Part shown: one piece after another, positions 1-12,730 of the stretch
Layout: each line of letters begins with the position of its first letter
Position numbering within the stretch: position 1 is the first letter of the stretch
Source: Mobula hypostoma
Lineage: Eukaryota
Direction: 5' to 3'
NCBI RefSeq assembly: GCF_963921235.1
Contig: NC_086097.1
Coordinates: 190,962,001-191,026,000 of the forward strand
DNA: 64,000 bases
Made by a program: the position numbers and the translations under genes
Notes under the pieces: model-generated
What the model saw: the letters and a program-made list of their open reading frames with translations, nothing else
Told to the model about the DNA's origin: nothing
Database searches by the model: none

Positions 1-149
1 TTAAGAGTTCTCACAGTCCTGGAAGAAATATCATCTTTCAAAATAGTCAAAGTGAGGAGAAAAAGTATTGCTCTTTCACTTTGACGTATATTCACACACA
101 TACTTCCATAGGCATATTTCCAAACTGACCACTCACTTTTATCTCATCC

Positions 150-2000
150 TCAACACCCCACTCAGTTGTCAAGCTTCCAGATCAGGATCATGGAAAGGTC
201 ACTCATTCCCCTCTGTGCAGATAAAGTCAGCAAGGAACAGTAAAGAGGCAAGCTGCATAAGACTAGGACCCTTGTATGTGCAGTGGTTGATCTTTACAGG
301 GGAGGTAATCTATTTCTCAAAAGGAGAAGCCCCCAACTGTTTGCTGCAAATACAATACACAATCTGCCAGGAGAGACCACTAGCAATGTTCCCTTATCAT
401 TACCTCGATTCCATCGCTTATCAGTTGTGCAGATCTATCACCTTAAAAGCTTTTTGGCTGCAATTATTTCCTGTTTTGCCTGTGCAGGGTCTATGAATAG
501 CTCATTGTCAGAAGGTGAGGAGGTGGGGTGGGATGAACTAAACAAGCAATTGGTACTCTGGAAGGGAGAATAGATTGACAATGATGTTATGATAATGCTG
601 AATTCTTAGTATCCAACACTTAACATCATTAACTCAGAGACTTATACCTTAAGACAGTGAACATGTGTCACAGGGGTATACAACAGGAAATAATGGGTTC
701 CACTGTGGCAACAGATGTACTTAGTTGAAAAGTGGGCCTACATACCCGAGTAGTCATAGAGATTTTGGTACAAAGTAGAATAGGATTGATTTGATGATAA
801 AGCTGATGTGGGTGGACAGTGAGATAGTCAGAGAAGCATTGGGCCTGTTCCACAGGTGCAGGATGAGTCCATCTCTGAGCAAGGAAACCATAATCACCCC
901 TCTGGGGAGCTTAAACACTTTGTTCTAATGGTTTATGGATAATCTGAAGATATAGCTGCTTTTAGTTCAGTGCACAGAAAAAGCCCGGATTGCATCCTGG
1001 TCCAGCTGGAAGTCTGCACTCTGCCACATGCAGGCTGCTGAACCTCTGAAAAAGCAGTGGCAAATGACTGCTGAGACATTGTTGTCCTCACAGAGCTGAG
1101 GAATACTGAGCAAGAGCACCTTGCTGCATTCCATGGACATGAGGCCATTGCCCAGCAACAGTGAATATTTCTCCATGTGATCATGACACCAGATACCAAA
1201 GAACCAAAGAGTTGTGGAAGACAGGATTAAGGAGATGACCAGTCAATGGTATGCTCTTTTTGTCCTTTAGTGAACGAATAACATTATTTGTCATATTTAT
1301 TTGCATGGTTCTGGCTTCCTTGGAATTTTTCAGAAGTTTTATTAAAGCTCTCGAGATAATTCTTGAATGAAATAAAACTCCACTAAACCAACACCCGATT
1401 GTTCAAAAGCATCAGGGTAGTCCTGATGGTTTGCCATCTGTCTCACTTACTAGCCAGGAATGTGAATTGCAGGAGTAGCAGCATGAAGTCAAATCCCTTG
1501 CCACAGCATATAGAGCCTCCAATAAGCAAGAATAAATTAACCGCCTGCTTTCCAGGTTAAAGATAATCCTGTTCGTCTTGTTGTTTCAGCGTGGACAGTT
1601 TAAAGCCAGGGGAAAAACTAAGACTTGCACTTGTTGCTCACAGTCATGTTTACACATTAGTATTTTGTATTGCTGAATTGCCATGGAGCATTCCAAGTCC
1701 ATTCAACACATACTTTCTCTGTTTTAAGAGCTATTGGAAAAGAGTCCTTGTGTGAACCTCAGGACTAAAAAGAGCAACCTGACAATGTATATAGGGAAAA
1801 CCTTTCATTGTACTCTGTCACATCCTCATCCTCCTTCCTGTATTCTTGTTGCAGCTGAAGGTTATCCTTCAAGATTCTAGGATGAGGCAGATGACAGAGA
1901 AATATGTGACCCTCTGAACAGAGTTCTCTACAGTATCCCTTGAGAAGTTCAGGTGTTAGAATTACATCCTGGTAGACTGAGAACAATAAACCCTGCAGCA
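150..2000. mobile_element. Possible very old PIF/Harbinger-like relic (transposase-like traces on the minus strand)
   Basis: Faint motif traces only: minus strand ~1080-1200 gives 'LV(C)DH...WP...SIPQL'-like text and ~1870-1920 'LCHL'. There is no intact ORF and no TIR. Confidence 0.2.
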
Positions 2001-2521
2001 ACATTCAACATTGCATTCTCCATACAGCAGTATATTGCTGAACCCACCGGGTTTGGGGCCAAATGAGTCCCCATTGAATCTGAGAGTAACCAATGATTTC
2101 TTTCAATGCTTTCTCATTCTAGCATCTTTGCAGTGGGTCTGCACTAGGCGTTAAACATGAATCACCCTCAAAGTGATGTCTATTTGTGCAGCACAGTGAT
2201 GAATGCTATTAGCCCATAGTATGCATGCATTTTACTTGTGCCCATTAAGTGTGAGAATCAATATTTTGTCCTACATGATGTGTAACAACCTGATTACATT
2301 TAATACTTTTACACTAAAATTCATTCACTAAAATGAGCAGTCGGTAATTGTTCTATGTTCAAATTTGGATGCATGCATTTGACAATCTTACATATTATTG
2401 ATGTCTTAAGGTCAGATGTGGAAGATTTGAACAATCCATTTTGAACAGTATGAACGTGGATATGTGAATGTACCAAATGCTTCTACAATTTACTAAATGT
2501 AATACTCAAAAGAGGAGATAG

Positions 2522-5500
2522 ATCATAAGACCACAAGATATAGGAACAGAATTAGGCCATTTGGCCCATCGCGTCTGCCCAGCCATTTCAACATGGTTGA
2601 TCCAATTTTCCTCTCAGTCCCAATCTCCTACCTTCTCCCCATATCCTTTCATGTCCTGACCAATCAAGAATCTATCAACCTCTGACTTAAATATACATAC
2701 CGACTTGGCCTTCACAGCGACCCGTGGCAAAGTATTCCACAGATCCATCTCTCTCAGGCTAAATAAATTGTTCCTCATTTCCATCGAAAAGGATACCACT
2801 CTATTCTGAGGCTGTGTCCTCTAGTCTTAGACTCTCCCATTAAAAGAAACATCATCTCTACATCAACTCTATTGAGACCTTTCAACATTCAATAGGTTTC
2901 AATGAGGTCATCCCTTATTCTTCTAAATTCTAGTGAATACAGGCCCACAACCATCAAACACTCTTTATGTGACAAGTCATTCGGTCCTGGAATCATTTTT
3001 GTGAACCTCCTTTGAGCCTTCTCCAGCTTCAGCACATCCTTTCTAAGATAAGGGGCCCAAAATTGCTAACAATACTCCGAATGAGGCCTCACCAGTGCTT
3101 TATAAAGTCTCAACATTACATCCTTGCTTTAATATTCCAGTCCTCTTGAAATGAATGCTAACATTGCGTTTGCCTTCCACACTACAGACTCAACCTGCAA
3201 GTTAACCTTTAGGGAATCCACCACAAGGACTCCTGGTCACTTTGCACCTCAGATTTTTGCATTTTCTTTCCATTTAGAAAATAGTCAACCCTTCCATTTC
3301 TTCTACCAAAGTGCATGAGCATACATTTCCTGACATTGTATTCCATCTTCCATGTCTTTGCCCATTCTCCTAATCTGTTAAAGTCCTTCTGTAGCCTCTC
3401 TACTTTAACAAAACTACTTGCCCTCCACCTATCTTCATATCGCCTGCAAACTTTGCAACAAAGCAAACAATTCCATCATTCAAATCATTGATGTATAATG
3501 TAAAAAGAATTGAACCCAACACATACCCTTGTGGAACACCACTAGTCACCAACAGCCAACCAGAAAAGGCTCCCTTATTTTCCCACTATTTGCCTCTTAC
3601 CAATCAGGCACTGTTTTATCCATGCGAGAATCTTTCCCGTAATACCATGGGCTCATAGCGTACTAAGCAGCCTCATATGTGACACCTTGTCAAAGGCCTT
3701 CTGAAAATCCAAGTGCACGATATCAACCAATTCTCCTTTGTCTTGTCTGCTTGTTATTTCTTCAAAGAGTTCCAACAGATTTGTCAGGCAAGATTTTCCT
3801 TCATGAAACCATGCTGTTAACGGCCTATTTTATCATGTGCCTCCAATTATCCTGAGACTTCATCCTTAATAATAAACTCCAACATCTTCCCAACTATGGA
3901 GGTCAGACTAACTGGCCTATAGTTTCCTTTCTTCTGCCCCTCTCCCTTTTTGAAGAGTAGAGTGACAGTTGTAATTTTCCAGTCTTCTAGAACCGTTCCA
4001 GAACCTAGTGATTCTTGAAAGATCATTCAGCCACATCTTTCAGAATTCTATGGTGTACTCCATCTGGTCCAGATGACCTATCTACCTTCAGACCTTTCAG
4101 TTTCCCAAGAACTTTCCCTCTAGTAGTAGTAACTGCACACACTTCATGACCCCTGATACCTGGAATTTCCTCCATACTGCCGGAGTCTTCCACAGTGAAG
4201 ACTGATGCAAAATATTTATTCAGTTCATCTGCAATTTCGTTGACCCCTATTACTATCTCTCCAGCATCTTTTTCCACTCATGCCTCTTTTTTTACCCTTT
4301 ATGTATCTGAATAAACTTTTGGTAATCTCTTTAATATTACTGGGTAGCTTACTATTGTATCCCATCTTTACCTTTTTAATGACTTTAAACTTGCCTTTTG
4401 TTGGTTTTCAAAAGCTTCTCAAATCTCTTAACTCCCACTAACTTTTGCTCTATTATCTGCCCTGTCTTTGACATTTATTGCTGGCTTTGACTTCCATTGT
4501 TAACCACATTTGTATCATCTTGCCTTTAGAATACTTCTTCCTCCTTGGGGTGTATATATCCTGTGTCTTCCAAATTGCTTCCAGAAATTCCAACCATTGC
4601 TGATCTGCCATCAACCCTACCAGTGTTCTTTCCCAATCCCATGTCCTCTCTCATACCACTATAATTCCTTTTACTCCACCGCAATATTGACACACTTGGC
4701 TTTAGCTGCTTCTCAAATTTCTGGGTGAATTCGATTATATTCTGATCACTTTCCCCTCAGAGTTCTTTAACTTTAAGCTCCCATGATTCAGTGATGCCAG
4801 CAACATCATACTTGCCAATCTGTAACTGTACTACAAGTTCATCTACCTTATTCTGTCCACTGCACACATTGAAATATAACACCTTCAGTCCTGTATTCAC
4901 CCTTTTCAATTTTGTCTGCCTTTTACATTGCAACTCATTCTGTTGACTGCAATGTTGCCCTATCAACAGCCTCTCGTCACGACACATTGCTTCTCTTTGT
5001 AAACTAGCTAACTCATCTTCAGCACTATTATCTGCCTTTCCTGCGATACTTCTTGCATTGAAATATATGCAGCTCAGGACACTAGTCGCACTATGTTCAG
5101 CCTTTTGATTGCTAGCTTTGTCTGAGGTCTTTCCACCATCTGTCTCCACAACCTCTCCGCTAACTATTCTGGCACTCTGGTTCCCATCCAACTGCAACTC
5201 TAGTTTAAACTCCTCTGTGCAGAATTAACAAACCTCCTGCTAGGATATTAGTCCCCCTTCAGTTCAGGTCAAGCCATCCTTCTGTACAGGTCCCAAATGC
5301 TCTGAAAGAAAGCCCAATGACCCAAAAACCTGGCGCCCTCCCTCCTACACCAAATCCATAGCCACGTATTAAAAGGCATAATTTTCCTAGTTCTGGCCTC
5401 ATTAGCATGTGGCAATCCTGAGATCACAACCCTGGAGGTTTTGCCCTTTAACTTAGCACCTAACTGCCTGAACTCCCAATGCAAAACCTCGACACTCGTC

Positions 5501-5680
5501 CTACCCATGTCTTTGGACCACGAATTCTGGTTGTTCACCCTTCCACAGAAAAATGCTAAGGACTTGATCCAAGAAATCCCGGATGCTGGCACCAGTGGGG
5601 GGGGCAACATGTCAACCGCAAATCTCATTCTCTCCCACAGAATCTCCTGTCTGTTCCTCAAACAAAATCATCCCTCACAA
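2522..5680 (-). mobile_element. CR1/HER1-type LINE, near full-length but degenerate and internally deleted (ORF1 esterase + ORF2 EN/RT)
   Basis: The 3' tail reads cataagaccacaagatataggaacagaattaggcc at ~2524. ORF pieces: 2614-2799 (RT C-term), 3209-3466 (LQKDFNRLGEWAKTWKMEYNV), 4023-4277 (ADELNKYFASVFT..GPDGVHHRILK), 4757-5197 (EN N-term, YDVAGITESW) and 5269-5661 (ORF1 SGNH-esterase-like TSRVVISGL..WCRREG). Confidence 0.92.
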
Positions 5681-7787
5681 GATACCTAATGGGTTAAAAT
5701 GGGTCAGATCCCTTAATTTTGTCAGCAACAAAAGCTCTCTCGTGTTATTTCCAATAATAATTGCTATATTTATCAGATTGTGATCACTTTTGTAGTTTAT
5801 ACAATATCAGTGACATTGCTAATAAGGATATTTCAGTTAACTGGTATTGCATACTAATTTATGATAATTTAGTTCTAAACACTGATCTTTTCTCCCTTTA
5901 AAGCATTTTAAATTGATTGATGAATAATTTTATTACATGCTTTGTATTATGTGGAAGTGTTAAACTACTGTTTTTCATATATTACAAATTGTTAATTATA
6001 TTAAAAAGTATAAGCTTTAAATTTGTAATGCGTCTCCTTTTAGCTTTATGATTCTGTAGATGTTTTTTTGAAGTTCAGGGCTCATATACAAACGTATTAT
6101 AGAGAACAACTTCTTCAGTGTGTCTATTTTTTTCATTGGTTTCCAATATAGCATTAACTTATTTTATTTGATTAGAGGCTTCTGAATTTGCCTTTAAGGA
6201 ATTGCCTCACAGTTTTTTTTTGTTTTGACCTCTTATATTTCTAATTTTAAAGATAGATTTCTATATCTATAATCTTAATAAAATCCACCATGGCATATCA
6301 TTACGTTCTTTATTATTGTATGAAGTAAAACAAAAATGTACTTTCTCTCTTGCTTTGTTTTTCTTGAGCACTTGTAACTTTGAAACAAAGTCTATTTCTG
6401 GTTTTGTTACTTTCTGCTCCCTAAATTAATTCAGCAATCCATCATTTAATTCCGCACACATATGTGCATCAGACATTTTAGGTGGCAGTTAGTGAGATGA
6501 ATTTGTAATTGTGGATAATACACTAAGATGTTTTTTTATTCCTGTTCAGTTTCTCCAAATAGGCTTTCATGCCTGTAATCAAAAGGCAAACATCTAAGAC
6601 TCAAAGCTCCCTTGGTAGATTCAAAGCATGCAACCTCTACTTGTAATCAAGAAGCAGATTTTGAATTATTTTATTTCCTTGCCCTAATTTAATAGAAACC
6701 AACTATGCGTCTTTTTCCTTTTGAACAAAATTGTATTTGTTACAAAAGGAAAATCATCCATAGTGTTTCTCACTATTGCAAAATAAAACCAAAATAACAA
6801 CTTGCAATTTTTAAAAAGATTATAACTTAAGGCAACCTACATAGGAAGTATAGGCAAGAGAAATAAAAACGAAATTACTGTGCAAGGTCTTTGAAGTAAG
6901 TCAATTAGTTGGAAAGGAAAAAGGCATGCAAGTACACCAGAGATAAATGGAAGAGTGAAGGTAATAATATTATAAAGAAAGGGTATAAAAATTATTTTTA
7001 AAAAAGACTAGAGACGGAAAATCACGTGTGAAGGATAATTTATAGACAGTAGTGAAAAAATATGCTGAAACTTATTAAATTAGTATTTATTAGACATTAA
7101 ATATATATGATAGGAATCATTATCAGGTCAACTGTGTTACTTCAAAGTAATATTCACATGCATCTTAAATTTCAATATTTGTTCCATGAAACTCTACTAA
7201 ATGCTTTAATACCTCTTTTTATCTCGAAATGTTCTGCCCACTGCTCAGATCTTTACTTAGATCAGAAGTTCCAGAAATAATTTAGTTGCATATCCACTGA
7301 GGCAGTGTCATCATAAAGTCTGCATGAGGCAACAGAATGTGAAAGGCCCCATGGAATCTGAGCACAGTGCTGAAGATGCCAGTTAAAATTGCAGGCGATG
7401 AGGAGGTAGCAAATGATTATGCTTGACTTTTCATAGTTACTGTCAGCTTGCTTGACTAGATGTCTAATTAGGTCTCACTTTTATGAATATCTAGGACAGG
7501 ACTTGTTGGCACAGGCAGCCAAACCAGGGATCATGATTCAACACAGAGGCAGGTGCTATGCTTACTTAAAATTTTGATATGCATTCTTTCATGCATTTAA
7601 AATTAGATCAGAAAATGCACTCTAGTTGATATCTGTGGCATGAAAGAAGCCAAAAAATAAAACACATGGAATGTAAAAGGATGTGGTGCAGTGTACCAAT
7701 TCCTTTGCTTCTAATAATTATACAACGTTCAATGATCGAACCAGTGAAAAAATATGTAACCTGTTGGCTCGCTCCTTTCTCTTCTCG

Positions 7788-7802
7788 GTTGCCCTTAGTA
7801 AC
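7788..7802. promoter_or_regulatory. RFX X-box-like motif
   Basis: GTTGCC-CTT-AGTAAC fits GTNRCC-N0-3-RGYAAC and lies in non-repeat sequence. This is a motif match only. Confidence 0.25.
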
Positions 7803-8759
7803 TGCATGCATTTCTCTTTCTAAAATTGCTATTGAACTTAAATTGTTATAATATTGCTGCCTAATACCTTAAATTTGCAGATGCAACTCTGAAACCCCTT
7901 CTTCATTTTGAGAGCCATCAAGGTATCCTTTATTAAAATATCTGAATTCACATAAGACATGTGCTTCATTTGCTGGTTTTTGTCAAATTTGTTCATTAAT
8001 GTTGCAAAACTAGATGTTGCACCATTTGTTCAAAAACCAGTCCACCAAAGGGAAAAATATATGCCATCCAAAGTTTATGAGTTTGTACATAGACACTGAA
8101 CTTGAACTTGTCAGTGCCCATAGTTTGATTGGGATTAGAGTGAGATTAGTGACTGACCATCATCATGGTCATTGGTAAAAAAAAAGTTCCAATCTTTCAC
8201 CCCATTCCTTGATCCCTTTTTCTCCCATGGTTGATATTCATCTGTTGTCAGTTTTCACCTCCTGTTTCAAAATTCCACTACAGCAACAAGGAACACAAAA
8301 GAATGTATCCTAATTAGAAGCCAGAGGAAAGTCTACAAGGGAATAATTTATTTCTTTGAAGTTAAGTTTGTAGTGTATGTTGAACAATAGGATCGAAGAG
8401 ACCAGTTGCCGTTGTGTTTCATCTGCTCACAATGTTTTAAATGTCATCTCAGCATAAATTGCTTTTTGCCTTCCGAACACCACGTTAAGCAACTTTATTG
8501 AAGTTAATGGGATTGCACTCTGAAATACATCAGGGGATAAAATGGACAGCATTTGGACTCAGGTCACCCTTAGTCTTTTGTGGATGGTAGCCATTGTTAA
8601 ACTGATGATCCGACTAATGATCCAGGTGGAATGTAGTATGGCCACCTCAATATTCTTGTGCACCAGAAGCACACGGAATGCAGGAGAAGAGTATGTGGTA
8701 ATGAAGAGACAAAGGCAAAGCTAGAGGGGCAAAGATTTATTTTCTGGAAATTAAAATGG

Positions 8760-11085
8760 CTGTAATGGACTTCATTAAAACTGTTGTAGATGAGTGCATC
8801 TCCACTAAATGTTTCAGAATCTTTCCCATTAAGAAGATCTGGATGAACCATGAGATCCAAAATATGCTGAGGGCCAGTTCAGAGGTATTCAAGTCTAGAA
8901 ACTAAGAAAGTTTCAAGAGGTGCAGGTGTGATCTCTGGAAAGCCTTCTCACGGGTGAAATGGCAATTCTGGACCAAACTTGAGTCAGCGAGGGATGCTTG
9001 AAGCTGTGGCAAGGCTTGAATGCTATCGCCTCCTACAAAGTTAAATCAAGTGACATGGGAGACAGAGGGCTTTACTTCCAGATGAGCTGAATGTTTTCTA
9101 TGCTTGCTTTGACTATCAGAAAATGGAAAAACCATGGCAGACCCTCATATTCCCCAATGATCCTATGATCTCAGTCTCTGAAGCTGATGTGCGGGTTGCC
9201 TTCAGCAGGGTGAATCCACATAAATCATCTGGCCCATACAGGGTACTTGGCCACATACTGAAGACCTGTGTTGACTAACTGGCTGGAGTGTTCACTGAGA
9301 TCTTCAACCTCTCACTTCGGCAGTGTGTTTTACCCATTTTTTTCAAGTAGGCTTCAATTCCACTGGTCACAAAGAAGAGCGTGGTACCTGCCTCAATGAC
9401 CATCACTCAGTTGCATTAAAATCCACAGTGAGGAAGTGTTTTGTGTGTGGGTATGTAGCCAAGTGGGTAAGGCATTGGACTAGCTACCTGAAGGTCATGA
9501 GTTCGAGCCCCAGTCGAGGGAACATGTTGTGTCCTTGAGCAAGGCACTTAATCACACATTGCTCTGCAACGACACTGGTGCCAAGCTGTATGGGTCCTAA
9601 TGTCCTCCCCTTGGACAACATTGGTGTTATGGAGAGGGGAGACTTGCAGCATGGACAACTGCTGGTCTTCCATACAACCTTGCCCAGGCCTGAACCCTGG
9701 AGAGTGCAGTCTTTCCATGCACCGATCCATGGTCTCGCAAGACTAACAGATGCCTTAAAGAGAAAGCTTTTTGAGAAATTGGTGATGAAACATATCATCT
9801 CTTGCCAGAGAGGCAATTTGGATCCATTCCAATTTGTCCAGCAGAGCAACAGATCCACAGTAGATGCCATTTCATTAGGTCCTCCTTCAATCCTGGAACT
9901 TCTGGTTAGTGAAGATGCACACATCAGGATGCTCCATCAACTACAGCTTAGCAATTAGTACCATTATCCTCTCAAATAAGCTCCAATACCTTGGCCTCAA
10001 TGCCTCCTTGTGCAATTGGATCCTGGATTTCTTTATTTGTTTGGATTGGCAACAACATTTCCTCCACAATCACAATCAAAGCTGGTGCATCTCAGGGCTG
10101 TGTGCTTAGTCCCCTGCTCTACTCACTTTACAATTTTGACTGTGTGGCTAATGCACAGCTCCCATGTCATATTCAAGTTTGCTGAAAGCGCCACTGTTAT
10201 GGACCAAATCAAAGGTGATGATGAATCAGCATATAGGAGGGAGATTGAAAATATTGCTAAGTGGTGTCATAACAATGACCTCTCATTCAAAGTCAACGAC
10301 CAAGGAACTGATTATAGACCATCTGAGAAGGAAACCAGAGGTCCATGTGAGTCCTCATTGGAGGATCAGAGGTGGAAAGGGTAGCAGATTTAAATTTTTC
10401 AGTGTTACTATTTTAGAGGACCCAGGATATAAATGCTATATCAAAGAAAACATGGCAATGCCTCTACGTCCATATGAGTCTATGGAGATTTGTCATGTTA
10501 TCAAAAATTTTGACAAACGTTAACAGATATGTAGTGGAGAGTATATTAACTGGCCGTACCAAGGTTTGGCATGGAAATACCAAACCTTTGAATGGAAGAT
10601 TCTACAAAAGGTAGCGGATTCAGCCCAGACTGGGTAAGTCCTCTCAGTCATTGAGTACATTGACATGAAATGCAATCACAGGAAAGCAGCATCCATCAGC
10701 AGATACCCCACCATCAGGTCATGATCTTTTCTCACTGCTGCCATCAGATAAAAAGCACAGAAGCTTTGGGACTCGTACCACTAGGTTCAAGAACAATTTC
10801 TACCCCTCATCCCTCAGGCTCTTGAATAGAGGGGGATAACCACATTCACTTTCCCAACATTGAAAACTTTCTACAACCAATGATCTCACTTTAAGGACTC
10901 TTTATCTCATTATCTCATGTTCTCGTTATGTATTGCTATTTACTTATATTTACATTTGCACATTTTGTTGTTTTATAGGTACTGTTCAATAGACTCGCTG
11001 AGTATGCCCATAGGAAATTGAATCTTGGGGTTGTATATGTACACATATATGCACTTTGATAATAAAATTACTTTGAAATTTGAAG
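8760..11085 (+). mobile_element. Rex1/Babar-type LINE, 5'-truncated and degenerate, interrupted by a SINE
   Basis: RT motifs appear in the ORF fragments (LDPFQF..NRSTVDAIS; LCNWILDF; GASQGCVLSPLLYSLY; IFKFA..YRREIENIAKWCHNN). The 3' end reads ...aataaaattactttgaaatttgaa, and the same family occurs inverted at 58770. Confidence 0.85.
9445..9756 (+). mobile_element. tRNA-derived SINE (copy 1), inserted in the Rex LINE
   Basis: It has an A-box-like tagccaagtgg and a B-box gagttcgagcc, and is collinear with 56031-56343. The host LINE resumes after a degenerate duplication (aagtgttttg / aagctttttg). Confidence 0.85.
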
Positions 11086-11099
11086 ATGTTGATATGTAC

Positions 11100-11925
11100 T
11101 TAGTGGCTGCTTTGTAAGGCATACTTGCACACCTGCTCGTTAATGCAATTATCGAATCAGCCAGTGATGTAGCAGCAACTCAATATATAAAAGAAGGCAG
11201 ACTAACAGCTGCCAGATGATGCTGAGGATGTTCTATGAGGCTGTGGTGGCCAGTGCTATCATGTTTGCTGTTGTGTGCTGGGGCAGCAGGCTGAGGGTTG
11301 CAGACACCACAGAATCAACAAACTCATTCGTAAGGCCAGTGATGTTGTGGGGATGGAACTGGACTCTCTCACTGTGGTGTCTGAAAAGAGGACGCTGTCT
11401 AAGTTGCATGCCATCTTGGACAATGTCTCCCATCCACTACATAATATACTGGGTGGGCACAGGAGTACATTCAGCCAGAGACTCAGTCCACCAAGATGCA
11501 ACACAGAGCATCATAGGAAGTCATTCCTGCCTGTGGCCATCAAACTTTAGAACTCCTCCCTTGGAGGGTCAGACACCCTGAGCCAATAGGCTGGTCCTGG
11601 ACTTATTTCATAATTTCCTGGCATAATTTACATATTACTATTTAACTATTTATGGTTCTATTACTATTTATTATTTATGGTGCAACTGTAACAAAAAACA
11701 ATTTCCCCCAGGATCAATAAAGTATGACTATGACTATGATATGGTTACTAGGTTCAGTTGTTGTTCAGTGACCTTGACTGTGGAATGACAATTGGTGCCA
11801 GACGAGGCGACTTAAGTTTCTGAGAAACTACTGATCTTCTGGGAGTTTTATCCACAGCAGTCTCCAGAGTTTGCAAAGAAGGGTGCGGAAAATAAAAAAC
11901 ATCTAGTGACTGGCAGTTCTGTGGG
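11100..11925 (+). mobile_element. Tc1-like transposon remnant (5' region/HTH part), split by a LINE 3' fragment
   Basis: cacacctgctcgttaatgcaa...gcagac|atggtt...gactgtggaatgacaattggtgccagacga...gaaactactgatcttctggga resembles the Tc1 N-terminus (GMIVGAR..SISETADLLG). Confidence 0.6.
11203..11739 (+). mobile_element. Rex/Babar-like LINE 3' fragment
   Basis: ORFs 11216-11581 and 11275-11550 (MFYEAVVASAIMFAVVCWG; LHAILDNVSHPLH..RCNTEHHRKSFLPVAIKL), followed by aataaa and a (tatgac)n tail. Confidence 0.85.
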
Positions 11926-12410
11926 TGAAGACTTCACAGAAACTGATTGTTTTAAAGTTTGTGCAGCATGGTCTTAGAAAGGAGGTCTGAGACTGGAGTG
12001 CAGCCTGTGTTGTGTGTCAGTGGTTGAAAATTATTCATCATGCTCAGGCACCATTGGCATCTTTTGAGGTCCCTGAGCAATGATTTGACCACATTGGTCC
12101 TCTACCACCCCCCTCCCACTGTTTCACACATCTGCTTACCATGGTGGACTGTACCACCCAATGGCCAGAGATTGTCCCTCTCGTGTCCATGACAGCTGCA
12201 GACATGGCTCCGGCGTTCATCGCCACCTGGGTCGCTCAGTTTGGCATCCCATCTGATATTTAATCTGATCTAATCTAATCTAATTTAATATTTCTTCCAA
12301 CCACAGTCCCCAGTTCACATCAGACCTCTGGGCGGCAATGGCCCAGAACCTCAGCATTAACTGGTCTGTGAGTGGTTTCACCATTCCTTAAAGGTTGCTC
12401 TAAGGACTTC
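11925..12410 (+). mobile_element. Gypsy integrase fragment 1 (zinc-binding + catalytic core part)
   Basis: Translates as ..LKFV..GLRKEV..AACVVCQ.. then THLLTMVDCTTQWPEIVPL..AFIATWVAQFGIPSDI. Confidence 0.75.
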
Positions 12411-12542
12411 CCTGTGAAAGACAAAAAGTATTTAACCTTCTTATAAAAGACTAATAACAGAAATTTTATTGATAACATTAATCAATGAAATATCCAGATT
12501 CAAGTAATCTGACACCCGCCACCAATTGTAGCAGTTCCAGAG

Positions 12543-12730
12543 GTGAAGGCTTCACAGAAATCGGTTGCTTTAAAGTTTGTGGGCGTGGCCTTAGGAAGGA
12601 TATCCGAGACTGAAGTGCAGCCTGTGTTGTGTGTCAGTGGGCAAAAATTATCCGTCAAATTCGGGCACCATTCGAGGTCCCTGAGCAATGGATTGACCTT
12701 GCTGGTCCTCCACCACCTCTCTCACTGTTT
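12543..12730 (+). mobile_element. Gypsy integrase fragment 2 (diverged direct repeat of 11925-12125)
   Basis: KASQKSVALKFV.. and gtgcagcctgtgttgtgtgtcagtgg / gaggtccctgagcaatg are shared with fragment 1. Confidence 0.7.

Noticed and set aside
9445..9520. tRNA gene (also 56031-56105)
   Set aside because: The tRNA-like head continues into a shared ~240-bp body in two dispersed copies, so it is a SINE, not a tRNA gene.
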